A DNA stretch of 36,407 nucleotides, taken from positions 1-36,407 of the forward strand of contig CACZOH010000030.1 in assembly GCA_902782785.1 (NCBI GenBank), written 5' to 3'. The position numbers and the translations under genes were made by a program. The stretch is from an uncultured Ruminococcus sp. GTDB taxonomy: Bacteria; Bacillota; Clostridia; Oscillospirales; CAG-272. Of this stretch, positions 8,853 through 18,207 are shown piece after piece; the first letter of the stretch is position 1; each line of letters begins with the position of its first letter. The notes under the pieces are model-generated. The model was not told where the DNA came from. It worked only from the letters and a program-made list of their open reading frames with translations, and ran no database searches.

Positions 8853-10985
8853 TCAGTTAAGTCCGTTAAGCGATGAAAACAGCTTTGACGACGTAAGAGG
8901 TTTTTTCTCCGGCGCGTCGGCAAGCGATATTTCAAACGATATGCCGTCGTTATCGGCGACCTTTATAAAACCGAGCTCCGAGAAGATATCGAGTATGAGT
9001 CTGAATTTGATGTATCCTATACCCTTTATCTCTGTTTTCAGGAACTTGTTTGCGTTGAGCGGCTTATTCAAATATTTTTCAAGATGCTTTTTAAGCTGTC
9101 TGAATACAGCCGCGCAGTCGTCGCGCGAGGGGATATGCTCGCTCTGCGGCAGGATCACGTCGTCCTTAATATATTCATATACGTTTATTTCATCTTCATA
9201 CGCACTGTAAACGCTGTCGGAATAACGTATATCGCGTATAAATATCTGTGCGAAAACGGCGCCGCGGAATTCGTTTTCAGACAAATTGAAGAGTATATCC
9301 ACGGTATCCGTCGGCAGAAAATCAAGCTCATCCGTCTGCATATTGAAATACATACCCTGCAAAGCCGCTCCGTTCAGAGAAAAACCAACGCGCGTGTGCT
9401 TTCCGTTTTTAACGGGGATGATCTCCGTTATTTTCAGGTCGCGCATCATAAATACGGGCGTCGGGTTGCCCTCTCCGAAGGGCTCGAGCTTTGATATATC
9501 GTCAGTCAGAGCCGTGGTTATATCCTCCGGCAAAAGCTCCGCGTCCGCATAAACGCAGGGGGTAAGCATATCGTCGCTTATATGCGCTTTTGCGTATTCG
9601 CATATTTCTTTTTTGAAAGCATCGAATTCCGAACTTGAAAGCGACAGTCCGGCCGCGTTTTTGTGACCTCCGAATTTGATCAGATGATCGGAGCAGGCGG
9701 TTATTGCGGCGAGCAGATCGAAGCCCTCTATGCTTCTGCCGGAGCCCTTTCCGTCGTTATCGCTGCCGTCAAACGAGATAAGTATGCTCGGCAAATGATA
9801 TTTTTCCGTTATACGTGAGGATACGATGCCGACTACGCCGTGATGCCATGAATCGCCGCGCAGGACTATCATTCTGTCCTTTTCGGGATCGAACTGCGTA
9901 CGTATCAGCGTTTCCGCTTCACTTGTTATTTCAAGCTCCTTGGCCTGTCTTTCCTTGTTTTGCTCGCATAGCCAGGCGGCGAGGTTCTCCGCCTCTTCGT
10001 CGGAATCGGTAAGAAACAGCTTGACCGCCTGAGGCGCGGAACCGAGTCTTCCCGCCGCGTTTATCCTCGGAGCAAGTATGAAGCCGACGCTTGTGGAATT
10101 GAGCTTTTTTGAATTATCTTCACATACAAGCTCCGTTGCGCGCAAAAGCGCGGCAAGACCTTTGTTTTTGGTCTTTTTCATTTTGTTGAGTCCGTATGCC
10201 GTTATAAGTCTGTTTTCGTTCATAACCGGCATTACGTCTGCTATTGTACCGAGCGCGGTTATATCTCCGTATTTTTTATAGCAGTCGCGTACCGCGTCAA
10301 ATATTATTTCTCTGTCCTCGGCAGAATATTCAAACTGTCCCGTTGCGGTATAGCAATAATACGCGCATATCAGTTTGAAAGCGACGCCTACGCCGGCAAG
10401 GTCGGAAAAAGGGTATTTGCTGTCCGGTCTTTTCGGATCGATGACGGCGACCGCGTCCGGAAGCTCCGGTCTGCATTCGTGATGGTCTGTTATTATAACG
10501 TCCATTCCGAGCTTTGACGCAAGCTTTACCTCCTCCACTGCGGTTATGCCGGTATCGACGGTGACTATGAGGTCGATACCTTTTTCGGAAAACGATCTTA
10601 CGGCGTCCCCGTTCAAGCCGTAGCCCTCTGTCAGTCTGCTCGGTATGTGGTATGAAACGTCAAATCCGAGCTCGCGGAAGAACAGAACGAGTATGCTCGT
10701 ACCCGTTATACCGTCAGCATCGTAATCGCCGTATACCATTATTTTTTCATTATCACGCTCCGCTTTTTCTATGCGCAGTACGGCTTCCTTCATATCGGGA
10801 AGCAAAAACGGATCGTGCATCGCCGCATTTTCTTTATTTATGAAACTGACGGCGCTTTTTTTGTCCGTACAGCCGCGCTCAGCAAGAAGAGCCGCGGTCG
10901 CAGGTAAAACGGAAAGAGCTTCTTTTATCTCCTCCGCCGTGCTCGCGTCGTATTCCTTTAATTTCCAAATCTTTCTTCGTATCAT
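8853..10985 (-). CDS. recJ: Single-stranded-DNA-specific exonuclease RecJ
   Basis: 710 aa with DHH motifs (YGDYDADGITG, VDTG, ITDHH) and DHHA1 (GGHKNAAG). Confidence 0.9.
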   Translation of the reverse strand: MIRRKIWKLKEYDASTAEEIKEALSVLPATAALLAERGCTDKKSAVSFINKENAAMHDPFLLPDMKEAVLRIEKAERDNEKIMVYGDYDADGITGTSILVLFFRELGFDVSYHIPSRLTEGYGLNGDAVRSFSEKGIDLIVTVDTGITAVEEVKLASKLGMDVIITDHHECRPELPDAVAVIDPKRPDSKYPFSDLAGVGVAFKLICAYYCYTATGQFEYSAEDREIIFDAVRDCYKKYGDITALGTIADVMPVMNENRLITAYGLNKMKKTKNKGLAALLRATELVCEDNSKKLNSTSVGFILAPRINAAGRLGSAPQAVKLFLTDSDEEAENLAAWLCEQNKERQAKELEITSEAETLIRTQFDPEKDRMIVLRGDSWHHGVVGIVSSRITEKYHLPSILISFDGSDNDGKGSGRSIEGFDLLAAITACSDHLIKFGGHKNAAGLSLSSSEFDAFKKEICEYAKAHISDDMLTPCVYADAELLPEDITTALTDDISKLEPFGEGNPTPVFMMRDLKITEIIPVKNGKHTRVGFSLNGAALQGMYFNMQTDELDFLPTDTVDILFNLSENEFRGAVFAQIFIRDIRYSDSVYSAYEDEINVYEYIKDDVILPQSEHIPSRDDCAAVFRQLKKHLEKYLNKPLNANKFLKTEIKGIGYIKFRLILDIFSELGFIKVADNDGISFEISLADAPEKKPLTSSKLFSSLNGLN

Positions 10986-11004
10986 ATATGTAACTGCTTT
11001 CGCT

Positions 11005-12585
11005 TTATTTATCCGGTTTGAATCTTGACATTATTTTGCATGCCGTATTGATTCCGTCGGCTGCTGCGCTCGTTATCCCTCCCGCGTATCCTGCGCCTTC
11101 ACCGCACGGGTATAACGACGGAATACTGTCGGAGAAGTATTCTCCGTTTCTCAATATTCGCAATGGAGAGGATGTCCTCGTTTCAGGTGCGGTCAATACC
11201 GCCGCTTTGTCCGCAAAGCCTTTTATTTTTTTATCGAATTCATAAAGTCCCTTTTTCAAAAAATCCGTAATAAACGACGGGAATACGTTATTTATCTCCG
11301 CTGTTATAACGGACGGTTTGAACGTCGGGACGATTTTTGTTATTTCGTTTTTTCCGCCGTACAAAAAACTGTCAAGTGTCTGTACCGGCGCGCTGAATCT
11401 GCCCGATATGCTGAACGCTGCGCGCTCTATGCTTCTTTGAAAATCAATACCCGACAGAAGATCTGCGGGCAGGTCCTCCGGCAAAACGGAAACGGCTATG
11501 GCGCTGTTTGCGTTTTTTCCGTCTCTTTTGCTGCAGCTCATACCGTTCGTAACTATACCGTCGCGCTCGGTCGAAGCGCAGATCACACTGCCGCCCGGGC
11601 ACATACAGAAGCTGTAAACGCCTCGTCCGTTTTCTCTGAAGCTGAGATTGTATTCTGCGTGCGGAAGAAATTCGCGGTATTTTTCAAGTCCCTCACCGTA
11701 CATCGCCGCGTCTATATCGCTTTGAAGATGCTCTATCCTGCAGCCGACGGAAAACGGCTTTTTCTCCATTTTCACACGTTCCGAATAAAGCATTTTATAA
11801 GTATCCCTTGCGCTGTGTCCCGCTGCGAGCACCGCGGCGTCGTAATACTCCTCGCCGTCCGCAGTTCTGATCGAGATACCTTTTAAGCTTTCGCTTATTT
11901 TTTCGACTTTACTCTCAAATCTGATCTGTACGCCGCGGCTTAAAAGATGATCCGTAACGTTTGATATGACGGTCTGCAGTATATCCGTTCCGATATGAGG
12001 ACGCGCGTCCGTCAGTATGTTTTCGGGTGCGCCGAAACCGGCAAGACGTTTAAGGACGAGGCTGCACGCGGGATCGTTTATACGGGTTATCAGCTTTCCG
12101 TCGGAAAAAGTACCCGCGCCGCCCGCGCCGAACTGCACGTTGCTTTCAGTGTCCAGTATCCCGTCCGCTTTGAATTTTTCTATATCCGCGGCTCGTTCCG
12201 ATACGCTTTTTCCGCGCTCGTATATCACCGTGCCGTAACCGTTCTCGGCAAGCATCAGCGCAGCGAAAATACCCGCGGGACCAAAGCCTATGACGGCGAT
12301 TTTTCCGTGTCTCTGCTCTTTTCCGTACGTTACGTTTATATCGGGCTCAAAAAGCTTTTCCGCGCCCGCTTTATATATCGCCCTGTCGGATGCGCCGATA
12401 CATTCGGCAGTCACGGAATAGACGAATTTGATATCGTTTTTCTTTCTGCCGTCAACGGACACGCGGCAGATTTTTGCGTTATATGCGCTTATCCCCGCCG
12501 CTTTGAGCTTTTTCAGTGCCGCCTGCTCCGCTTCTTTTTCCGGAGCGTCCGGCGGAAGCGCTATCTGCCTTAATATCAGCTTCAT
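11005..12585 (-). CDS. FAD-dependent oxidoreductase-like protein (COG2509-type)
   Basis: 526 aa with a Rossmann GxGxxG (IAVIGFGPAGIFAA) after an ~85-aa N-terminal domain and a C-terminal GEGAGYAGGI segment. Its start overlaps the cdaR stop (ATGA). Confidence 0.7.
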   Translation of the reverse strand: MKLILRQIALPPDAPEKEAEQAALKKLKAAGISAYNAKICRVSVDGRKKNDIKFVYSVTAECIGASDRAIYKAGAEKLFEPDINVTYGKEQRHGKIAVIGFGPAGIFAALMLAENGYGTVIYERGKSVSERAADIEKFKADGILDTESNVQFGAGGAGTFSDGKLITRINDPACSLVLKRLAGFGAPENILTDARPHIGTDILQTVISNVTDHLLSRGVQIRFESKVEKISESLKGISIRTADGEEYYDAAVLAAGHSARDTYKMLYSERVKMEKKPFSVGCRIEHLQSDIDAAMYGEGLEKYREFLPHAEYNLSFRENGRGVYSFCMCPGGSVICASTERDGIVTNGMSCSKRDGKNANSAIAVSVLPEDLPADLLSGIDFQRSIERAAFSISGRFSAPVQTLDSFLYGGKNEITKIVPTFKPSVITAEINNVFPSFITDFLKKGLYEFDKKIKGFADKAAVLTAPETRTSSPLRILRNGEYFSDSIPSLYPCGEGAGYAGGITSAAADGINTACKIMSRFKPDK

Positions 12586-13841
12586 CCGATTATCGTCATA
12601 TTGACGGAATACGAGCCTAACGCGTATATCATGGTCGAGCTTGAGGAATTGTTTATCTCTATCTGTGCGGGAACGGTAACGCTGCCCATGATATTACTGT
12701 AATTCTTCATATCGAGCACGACGGTCACGTCGTCCGCGTCAAAATAAGAGAAATACTCTCCTATGGTTCCGCGCAGCGTCACGTTAACCGTATCCGTTGA
12801 GAAATTGTACGTTCTTGCGTTGTCTGCGTTGTCAAGTCTGATGTTCTTTACCGCGAGTGTTTTTACCGAAGTGTTTTTATGCTTGATGTTAACCACAACG
12901 TTTTCCGTGCTGTCTGAAGCTGTTATGCCGTTAGGCAGATCGAGGCTGTATACTATTTTGCCGTCGCCCATTATTTCCGTCTCGTCTATTGTCGCCACGG
13001 TCACGTAATCTATGTCGTCTATGACCTCGGACGCGCCCTTGATGCGTATCTCCGACGGCTCAAGCGTCAGCTCCACGGTGTTTTCATTATAATATCCGTG
13101 TTTATAATCAAATCTGAGCGGGACGGTCTTGTTTTTGTGGACCTCTATCCTCACCAAAACATCGGATACGGAGCAGGTCACGTAAGGATTTGAATAGACC
13201 TTGCCGTCGTAGTCGTAAAGAATAACGGAGCCTGACGCTGTCATCGACGTGTCTATATATCCCGGTTCTATCGTTACCTGAGCCTCTTTTATTTTATTCA
13301 GCTCATCCGATGGACCCTTTACCGTTACGGTCGATAATTCCGGCGTTGATTTTTCAAGCGAACAGTCGTTGTCGACCGTATAATTGCGCAGATTTATCTT
13401 TATGGGAAGCGGCTTTGACGTGGTATTGTCAAGATATATGGTCACGGTCTCCGGGTATTTTTCTGAAAGCGTCATACCGCTCGGCAGATTTACGCTTACG
13501 GGGAGCGTATGAGTTCCCGGTTCAACGCATCCGGAAGCGTCAACGTAAGCCTTGACGTCAGCCGCCGTGACGGACTGTATATCCGTGCGTTTGCCCTTCA
13601 CCTTTATATCTATCGTGTGATCGAGACCCGATATGACAGAAAGTCCCGTCGGTATATTCTCTATCGAAACGGCTACGGACGATATATTACTCTCGTACAC
13701 CGGGCTGTTTGCGCTGATGGCGTAAAGCCAGATAATGAACGCCAGAACGACGGACGTTATTATTGCGGCTATATCGAGACCCTTTGATTTTTTAACGGTA
13801 TATTCTCCGTTCTGCATAACGTAGGTATTTTCTTTTTTCAT
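12582..13841 (-). CDS. cdaR: YbbR-domain protein, CdaA regulator CdaR
   Basis: 419 aa with an N-terminal TM anchor followed by repeated beta-rich YbbR-like modules. Its start overlaps the cdaA stop. Confidence 0.75.
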   Translation of the reverse strand: MKKENTYVMQNGEYTVKKSKGLDIAAIITSVVLAFIIWLYAISANSPVYESNISSVAVSIENIPTGLSVISGLDHTIDIKVKGKRTDIQSVTAADVKAYVDASGCVEPGTHTLPVSVNLPSGMTLSEKYPETVTIYLDNTTSKPLPIKINLRNYTVDNDCSLEKSTPELSTVTVKGPSDELNKIKEAQVTIEPGYIDTSMTASGSVILYDYDGKVYSNPYVTCSVSDVLVRIEVHKNKTVPLRFDYKHGYYNENTVELTLEPSEIRIKGASEVIDDIDYVTVATIDETEIMGDGKIVYSLDLPNGITASDSTENVVVNIKHKNTSVKTLAVKNIRLDNADNARTYNFSTDTVNVTLRGTIGEYFSYFDADDVTVVLDMKNYSNIMGSVTVPAQIEINNSSSSTMIYALGSYSVNMTIIG

Positions 13842-14710
13842 TTTGTTTCACCTCCGTTATTTCCGTTTGTTTTTTTGTGATTCTTAATTGATTTCGGCTC
13901 GTTTACAAGCAGGGCGTATAACTGGTTTTTAAGCGAGGTATAATCGAAATTGCGTTTGAGCTCGCCGTCAAGCGCAAGCGAGATCGTACCCGTTTCCTCG
14001 CTTACGACGATGGTTATCGCGTCGCTGTTCTCGCTCATACCGATCGCGGCGCGGTGGCGCGTGCCGAGATCCTTGAAAATATCGTTTTTCTGAGAAAGCG
14101 GCAGAAAACAGCCGACCGCGGAGATCTTGTTCTCCGATATTATCATAGCGCCGTCGTGAAGCGGAGCTTTATTGAAAAATATGTTTTTTATAAGCGAAGC
14201 GTTCGGGTCGGCGGTCAGTACCGTTCCTGTTTTTTCGATATCTCCGAGCTTCGTCAATCTTTCGATAACTATAAGACAACCCGTTTTCGTAGTCGCCATA
14301 TCGGAGACGGCCTCGCACACGTTCGATATCATAGCCGTGGTTTCCGCGGTACTCTTGCCCTCGGAAATGTTTTTAAAGCCCTTGAGCGGCTGCGCGCCTA
14401 TTTTTTCGAGCAGGGCGCGAAGCTCCGGCTGGAACAGTATGACGAGAGCGATCAGACCGATCTGGAACACGTTCGACAGCAAAAAACCGAGCGCGTACAT
14501 ATGTACGAGATCGCTTATGATGAAAACGAGAAGCAGTATTGCTATACCTATGGCAAGCTTGCCCGCCCGTCTCGTTTTGATGAATTTATACGCATAGTAA
14601 ATAAGTATCGCGACGATGATGATATCGACGACGTCTATAATCCTTATCGTTTTGAGAAGCGACCACAGACTTGCAAACTGCTGCGCTATAGTGTTGAAAA
14701 ACTGACTCAT
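13838..14710 (-). CDS. cdaA: Diadenylate cyclase CdaA (DisA_N/DAC domain, 3 TM)
   Basis: 290 aa with DAC motifs DGAMII, GTRHRAA and IVVSEETGTISLA, plus an N-terminal triple TM. Confidence 0.9.
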   Translation of the reverse strand: MSQFFNTIAQQFASLWSLLKTIRIIDVVDIIIVAILIYYAYKFIKTRRAGKLAIGIAILLLVFIISDLVHMYALGFLLSNVFQIGLIALVILFQPELRALLEKIGAQPLKGFKNISEGKSTAETTAMISNVCEAVSDMATTKTGCLIVIERLTKLGDIEKTGTVLTADPNASLIKNIFFNKAPLHDGAMIISENKISAVGCFLPLSQKNDIFKDLGTRHRAAIGMSENSDAITIVVSEETGTISLALDGELKRNFDYTSLKNQLYALLVNEPKSIKNHKKTNGNNGGETK

Positions 14711-14759
14711 ACGCCACTCCGTTGTTGTTTTTTATACGGTTATAATTTTCCTATGTATC

Positions 14760-14788
14760 ATAATATCACAAATGAGATTTTATTTCAA
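14760..14788 (-). promoter_or_regulatory. Putative sigma-A promoter for cdaA
   Basis: On the minus strand, TTGAAA (14788-14783), a 17-nt spacer, then TGaTATTAT (extended -10, ending at 14760). This lies about 50 nt upstream of the cdaA ATG. Confidence 0.45.
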
Positions 14789-14891
14789 TACAGAATACTG
14801 AATATTTTATATTATTTTTTTGACTTTAATAAATTTGTATGTAACGTATATTATTAAATAAAAATATTTTTGAAATTTTATAAAAAACAAC

Positions 14892-14920
14892 TTGCAATTT
14901 TTTTCAATTTGTGTTATGAT
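14892..14920 (+). promoter_or_regulatory. Putative sigma-A promoter for the NTPase-OFOR operon
   Basis: TTGCAA (14892-14897), a 17-nt spacer, then TGtTATGAT (extended -10, 14912-14920). This lies about 30 nt upstream of the 14950 ATG, with GAGG at 14940-14943. Confidence 0.5.
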
Positions 14921-14949
14921 AGTAAAAATGATGCTTTCCGAGGTCGTTT

Positions 14950-15627
14950 ATGGGAGAATATAACGTTAAAGGTCTTTTATCAAACGCGACTGTGACCGTA
15001 GGTCATTTCGGCAGCGGAAAGACGAATATCTCCGTTAATCTGGCGGAGCTTTGCAGCTTCAACAGCGATACTTATCTTATCGACTACGATAACGTAAATC
15101 CGTATTTCCGCGCAAAGGACGCGGAGGAATACTTAAAGCATTACGGCGTTTTTGTCATATCGTCGGATTTTGCAAACACCAACGTCGACATTCCGTCCGT
15201 ATCCCCGCTCGTCTTCTCCGCTCTCAACGCCGCAAAAAACGGCGCAAAGATCATTTTTGACGTGGGAGGCGATATGACCGGAGCGGTATCTCTCGGTTAT
15301 CTTCACAAAAAGCTTGAAGAGCAAAGACCCGACGTGCTTTACGTTTTCAACGCCTACCGTCCCATAACGGATACGCCCGAAAAAGCGTTTGAGATACTGA
15401 AAGAAATAGAAAACAGCTGTAATTTCGGCGTCACGGCGCTTATCAACAACAGCAACATAGGTGCGGAAACCACCGCCTCCGATATAGAAGAGACGGATGG
15501 ATACGCGCAAAGGCTGTCGGAGCTGTCGGGTATCCCGCTGTTATTCACTTCATATATGACGGACAACGCGCCGCACGTCAAAGGAGACGTGCTGAAGATC
15601 AAAAACAGAACAAAAATACTTTTTTAA
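14950..15627 (+). CDS. SIMIBI-class P-loop NTPase of unknown function (MinD/Mrp/G3E-like)
   Basis: 225 aa with Walker A GHFGSGKT (res 18-25), LIDYD (res 43-47), a Walker-B-like IIFDVGGD (res 101-108) and LINNSN (res 164-169). The gene ends 3 nt before the ferredoxin-subunit gene. Confidence 0.65.
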   Translation: MGEYNVKGLLSNATVTVGHFGSGKTNISVNLAELCSFNSDTYLIDYDNVNPYFRAKDAEEYLKHYGVFVISSDFANTNVDIPSVSPLVFSALNAAKNGAKIIFDVGGDMTGAVSLGYLHKKLEEQRPDVLYVFNAYRPITDTPEKAFEILKEIENSCNFGVTALINNSNIGAETTASDIEETDGYAQRLSELSGIPLLFTSYMTDNAPHVKGDVLKIKNRTKILF

Positions 15628-15630
15628 AGG

Positions 15631-15849
15631 ATGAAGCATATGAATAAGGTTATTTTTGAAACAGACACCTGCAAGGGCTGCGGACTATGCGCCGCCGCCT
15701 GTCCGAAAGGGATAATCTCCCTTGATACTTCTACACTTAACGCAAAGGGTTATCACCCCGCGGCGCTCACGGATGAAAAAGCGTGTATCGCCTGCGCGTC
15801 GTGCGCCGTTATGTGTCCCGACGCGGTCATAACCGTTATCAAGGAATAG
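15631..15849 (+). CDS. 2-oxoacid:ferredoxin oxidoreductase delta subunit (2x[4Fe-4S] ferredoxin)
   Basis: 72 aa with two CxxCxxCxxxCP motifs (CKGCGLCAAACP, CIACASCAVMCP). The start could instead be the second ATG at 15640, which has better SD spacing. Confidence 0.85.
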   Translation: MKHMNKVIFETDTCKGCGLCAAACPKGIISLDTSTLNAKGYHPAALTDEKACIACASCAVMCPDAVITVIKE

Positions 15850-15861
15850 GAGGATCATAAA

Positions 15862-16923
15862 ATGGCAAAGGTTTTGATAAAAGGAAATGAAGCAGTAGCG
15901 GAAGCGGCGATCCGCTCCGGCTGCCGTTACTATTTCGGTTATCCGATAACTCCGCAGACGGAGATAGCGGAATATATGGCTAAGAAAATGCCGACAGTCG
16001 GCGGTCTGTGCCTTCAGGCCGAATCCGAAGTCGCGGCTATAAATATGGTTTACGGCGCGGCGGCATCCGGCGTGCGCGTAATGACTTCTTCGTCTTCCCC
16101 CGGCATAAGCCTGAAGAGCGAGGGCGTAAGCTACATAGTCGGCTGCGACCTGCCCTGCGTGATACTGAACGTTCAGCGCGGCGGTCCGGGACTCGGCGGC
16201 ATACAGCCGTCGCAATCCGACTACTATCAGGCGACGAAGGCTCTCGGTCACGGCGATATGCAGCTGTTCGTTCTGGCGCCTTCTTCGGTTCAGGAGATGG
16301 CTCAGCTGACCGCTGACGCCTTCGGAATCGCGGATAAATACAGAATGCCCGTTCTTTTATTAGCCGACGGCGCGCTCGGTCAGATGATGGAGCCGGTCGA
16401 TTTCGACGCTCTCAAGTTCACTCCCGAGCCCGAAAAGCCGTGGGCGGTGAACGGTCACGGCGGAAAACGCAAAAAGAACATAATCACTTCCCTGTTCCTT
16501 AAACCCGAGGAGCTTGAAGCGAATATTCTCGAACGTGACAAGAAATATCAAACAGTCAGAGAAAATGAAGTCAGATATGAAAACTATCTCTGTGACGACG
16601 CGGATATTATCATAGTTTCGTTCGGCATCACCGCGCGTATATCAAAAGCGGCGGTCAACGAGGCGAGAAAAGAAGGCATCAAAGCCGGTCTTCTCCGTCC
16701 GATAACGCTCTCGCCGTTCCCGTCAGAGATCCTTAACACATTGGCGGATAAAGCGTCCGCGTTCTTATCCGTTGAGCTCAATATGGGTCAGATGGTAAAC
16801 GACGTGAAGCTTGCGACGGAATGCAAAAAGCCCGTGTATTTTTACGGCAGAACGGGCGGAAGCCTTATGTCGAGCGACGACGTATTGAATGAGATCAGGA
16901 AGATATCGGGAGGTTTGAAATGA
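15862..16923 (+). CDS. 2-oxoacid:ferredoxin oxidoreductase alpha subunit (KorA/VorB-type)
   Basis: 353 aa with the N-terminus KGNEAVAEAAIRSGCRYYFGYPITPQTE, typical of OFOR alpha. GGAGG SD is present. The substrate (2-oxoglutarate versus branched-chain 2-oxoacid) cannot be decided by eye. Confidence 0.85.
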   Translation: MAKVLIKGNEAVAEAAIRSGCRYYFGYPITPQTEIAEYMAKKMPTVGGLCLQAESEVAAINMVYGAAASGVRVMTSSSSPGISLKSEGVSYIVGCDLPCVILNVQRGGPGLGGIQPSQSDYYQATKALGHGDMQLFVLAPSSVQEMAQLTADAFGIADKYRMPVLLLADGALGQMMEPVDFDALKFTPEPEKPWAVNGHGGKRKKNIITSLFLKPEELEANILERDKKYQTVRENEVRYENYLCDDADIIIVSFGITARISKAAVNEARKEGIKAGLLRPITLSPFPSEILNTLADKASAFLSVELNMGQMVNDVKLATECKKPVYFYGRTGGSLMSSDDVLNEIRKISGGLK

Positions 16924-17681
16924 TAGTTTATAAAAGACCCGAAGCCTTGTCAAAGGTACCAATGCACTACTGCCCCGGCTGTACTCACGGTATAGTCCAC
17001 AGACTTGTCGCGGAGGTCATAGACGAGCTTGATATAGTAAACGATACCGTCGGCGTCGCTCCTGTCGGCTGCGCGGTATTCGCATACAATTATTTTGAAT
17101 GTGATTTTATCGAAGCGTCCCACGGCAGAGCGCCCGCCGTTGCAACGGGCATAAAACGCACCCATCCGGATAAGATTGTCTTCACATATCAGGGCGACGG
17201 AGATTTAGCCGCGATAGGCACAGCCGAGACGGTACACGCCGCCGCGAGAGGCGAAAACATAACGATAATATTCATAAACAACACGAACTACGGTATGACG
17301 GGCGGTCAGATGGCGCCGACCACAATGCCCGGTCAGGTCACTACGACCTCGCCCTACGGCAGACAGAAGATGATACAGGGAAACCCGATACACGTCTGCG
17401 AGATGCTCTCTACGCTTGACGGCGTGGCGTACGCTGAGCGCGTTGCGGTCAACAGCGTCAAAAACGTCCGTGCGGCAAAGCGCGCCATAAAAAAGGCTTT
17501 CCAGAATCAGATAGACAAAAAAGGTCTTTCCATAATTGAGGTATTATCCACCTGCCCGACGAACTGGGGCATGTCTCCGACAGACGCTCTCAAATTCGTT
17601 GACGAGAAGATGATACCGTTCTATCCGCTCGGCGTTTACGCCGACAGAAACGCGATGGGAGGCGATAAGGATGACAAATAA
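16920..17681 (+). CDS. 2-oxoacid:ferredoxin oxidoreductase beta subunit (TPP-binding)
   Basis: 253 aa with the YCPGCTHG cluster/TPP region and the GDGD TPP-Mg motif (YQGDGDLAAIG). ATGA overlap with the alpha gene. Confidence 0.85.
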   Translation: MIVYKRPEALSKVPMHYCPGCTHGIVHRLVAEVIDELDIVNDTVGVAPVGCAVFAYNYFECDFIEASHGRAPAVATGIKRTHPDKIVFTYQGDGDLAAIGTAETVHAAARGENITIIFINNTNYGMTGGQMAPTTMPGQVTTTSPYGRQKMIQGNPIHVCEMLSTLDGVAYAERVAVNSVKNVRAAKRAIKKAFQNQIDKKGLSIIEVLSTCPTNWGMSPTDALKFVDEKMIPFYPLGVYADRNAMGGDKDDK

Positions 17682-18207
17682 GATCATTTTGGCGGGTTTC
17701 GGCGGTCAGGGCATACTGTTTTTGGGCAAAAAACTCGCATCCGCCGGTATGGAAAAGGATTTGAACGTTACGTGGCTTCCGTCTTACGGTCCCGAACAGC
17801 GCGGCGGTACCTGCAACTGCAGCGTTATCCTGTCCGATACGGATATAAGCTCACCGATCATCGGCTCGCCCGATACGCTCGTCGCGTTCAATATTCAGTC
17901 TTATGATAAATTCATGCCGAAGATCACTCCGGGCGGCGTTCTTTTCGCCGACAGCACGCTGATCGACAAACGCCCCGAAAGGACGGATATCAAATCGTAC
18001 TTCATCCCCGCGACGCAGATCGCAAACGATCTCGGCACGCCCAAGCTCGTGAACGTGGTTATGCTCGGATTTTTCATAAAGAATACCGATCTGTTTGATT
18101 TGAATTATATAAGATCATACCTTACAGACTCTCTTCCCGCTTCAAAAGCGGCGCTCCGGGAGGCGAACGGAAAAGCGTTTGACGCAGGCTGCGGGTATAA
18201 GGGATGA
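17671..18207 (+). CDS. 2-oxoacid:ferredoxin oxidoreductase gamma subunit
   Basis: 178 aa with the gamma signature ILAGFGGQGILFLGK...YGPEQRGG. It overlaps the beta gene by 11 nt. Confidence 0.85.
   Translation: MTNKIILAGFGGQGILFLGKKLASAGMEKDLNVTWLPSYGPEQRGGTCNCSVILSDTDISSPIIGSPDTLVAFNIQSYDKFMPKITPGGVLFADSTLIDKRPERTDIKSYFIPATQIANDLGTPKLVNVVMLGFFIKNTDLFDLNYIRSYLTDSLPASKAALREANGKAFDAGCGYKG

Noticed and set aside
8840-8935. A 32-codon N-terminal extension of rel (tracked start 8935).
   Set aside because: It would overlap the recJ 3' end by 83 nt, and the sequence is basic junk (MKYRLPTRRRKNLLRRQ…). The internal ATG at 8839 has a GAGG SD at proper spacing and gives the normal Rel N-terminus.
14054-14857. 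A 267-aa ORF on the plus strand, antisense to cdaA. Similar long antisense ORFs are 6155-6832 (+, across dtd/rel), 11995-12573 (+), 15685-16251 (-), 34365-34913 (+) and 20822-21406 (-).
   Set aside because: Each lies entirely opposite a gene with strong family motifs. Their products are Arg/Ser/Cys-rich and low in complexity, with no motifs or SD sequences. This is the usual shadow-ORF effect of codon bias in moderately GC-rich genes.
15631-15639. Alternative start for the ferredoxin subunit (ATG at 15631 versus 15640).
   Set aside because: This is unresolved rather than rejected. The second ATG has better SD spacing (AGGA 8 nt upstream). I kept the tracked coordinates because the choice cannot be settled from sequence alone.
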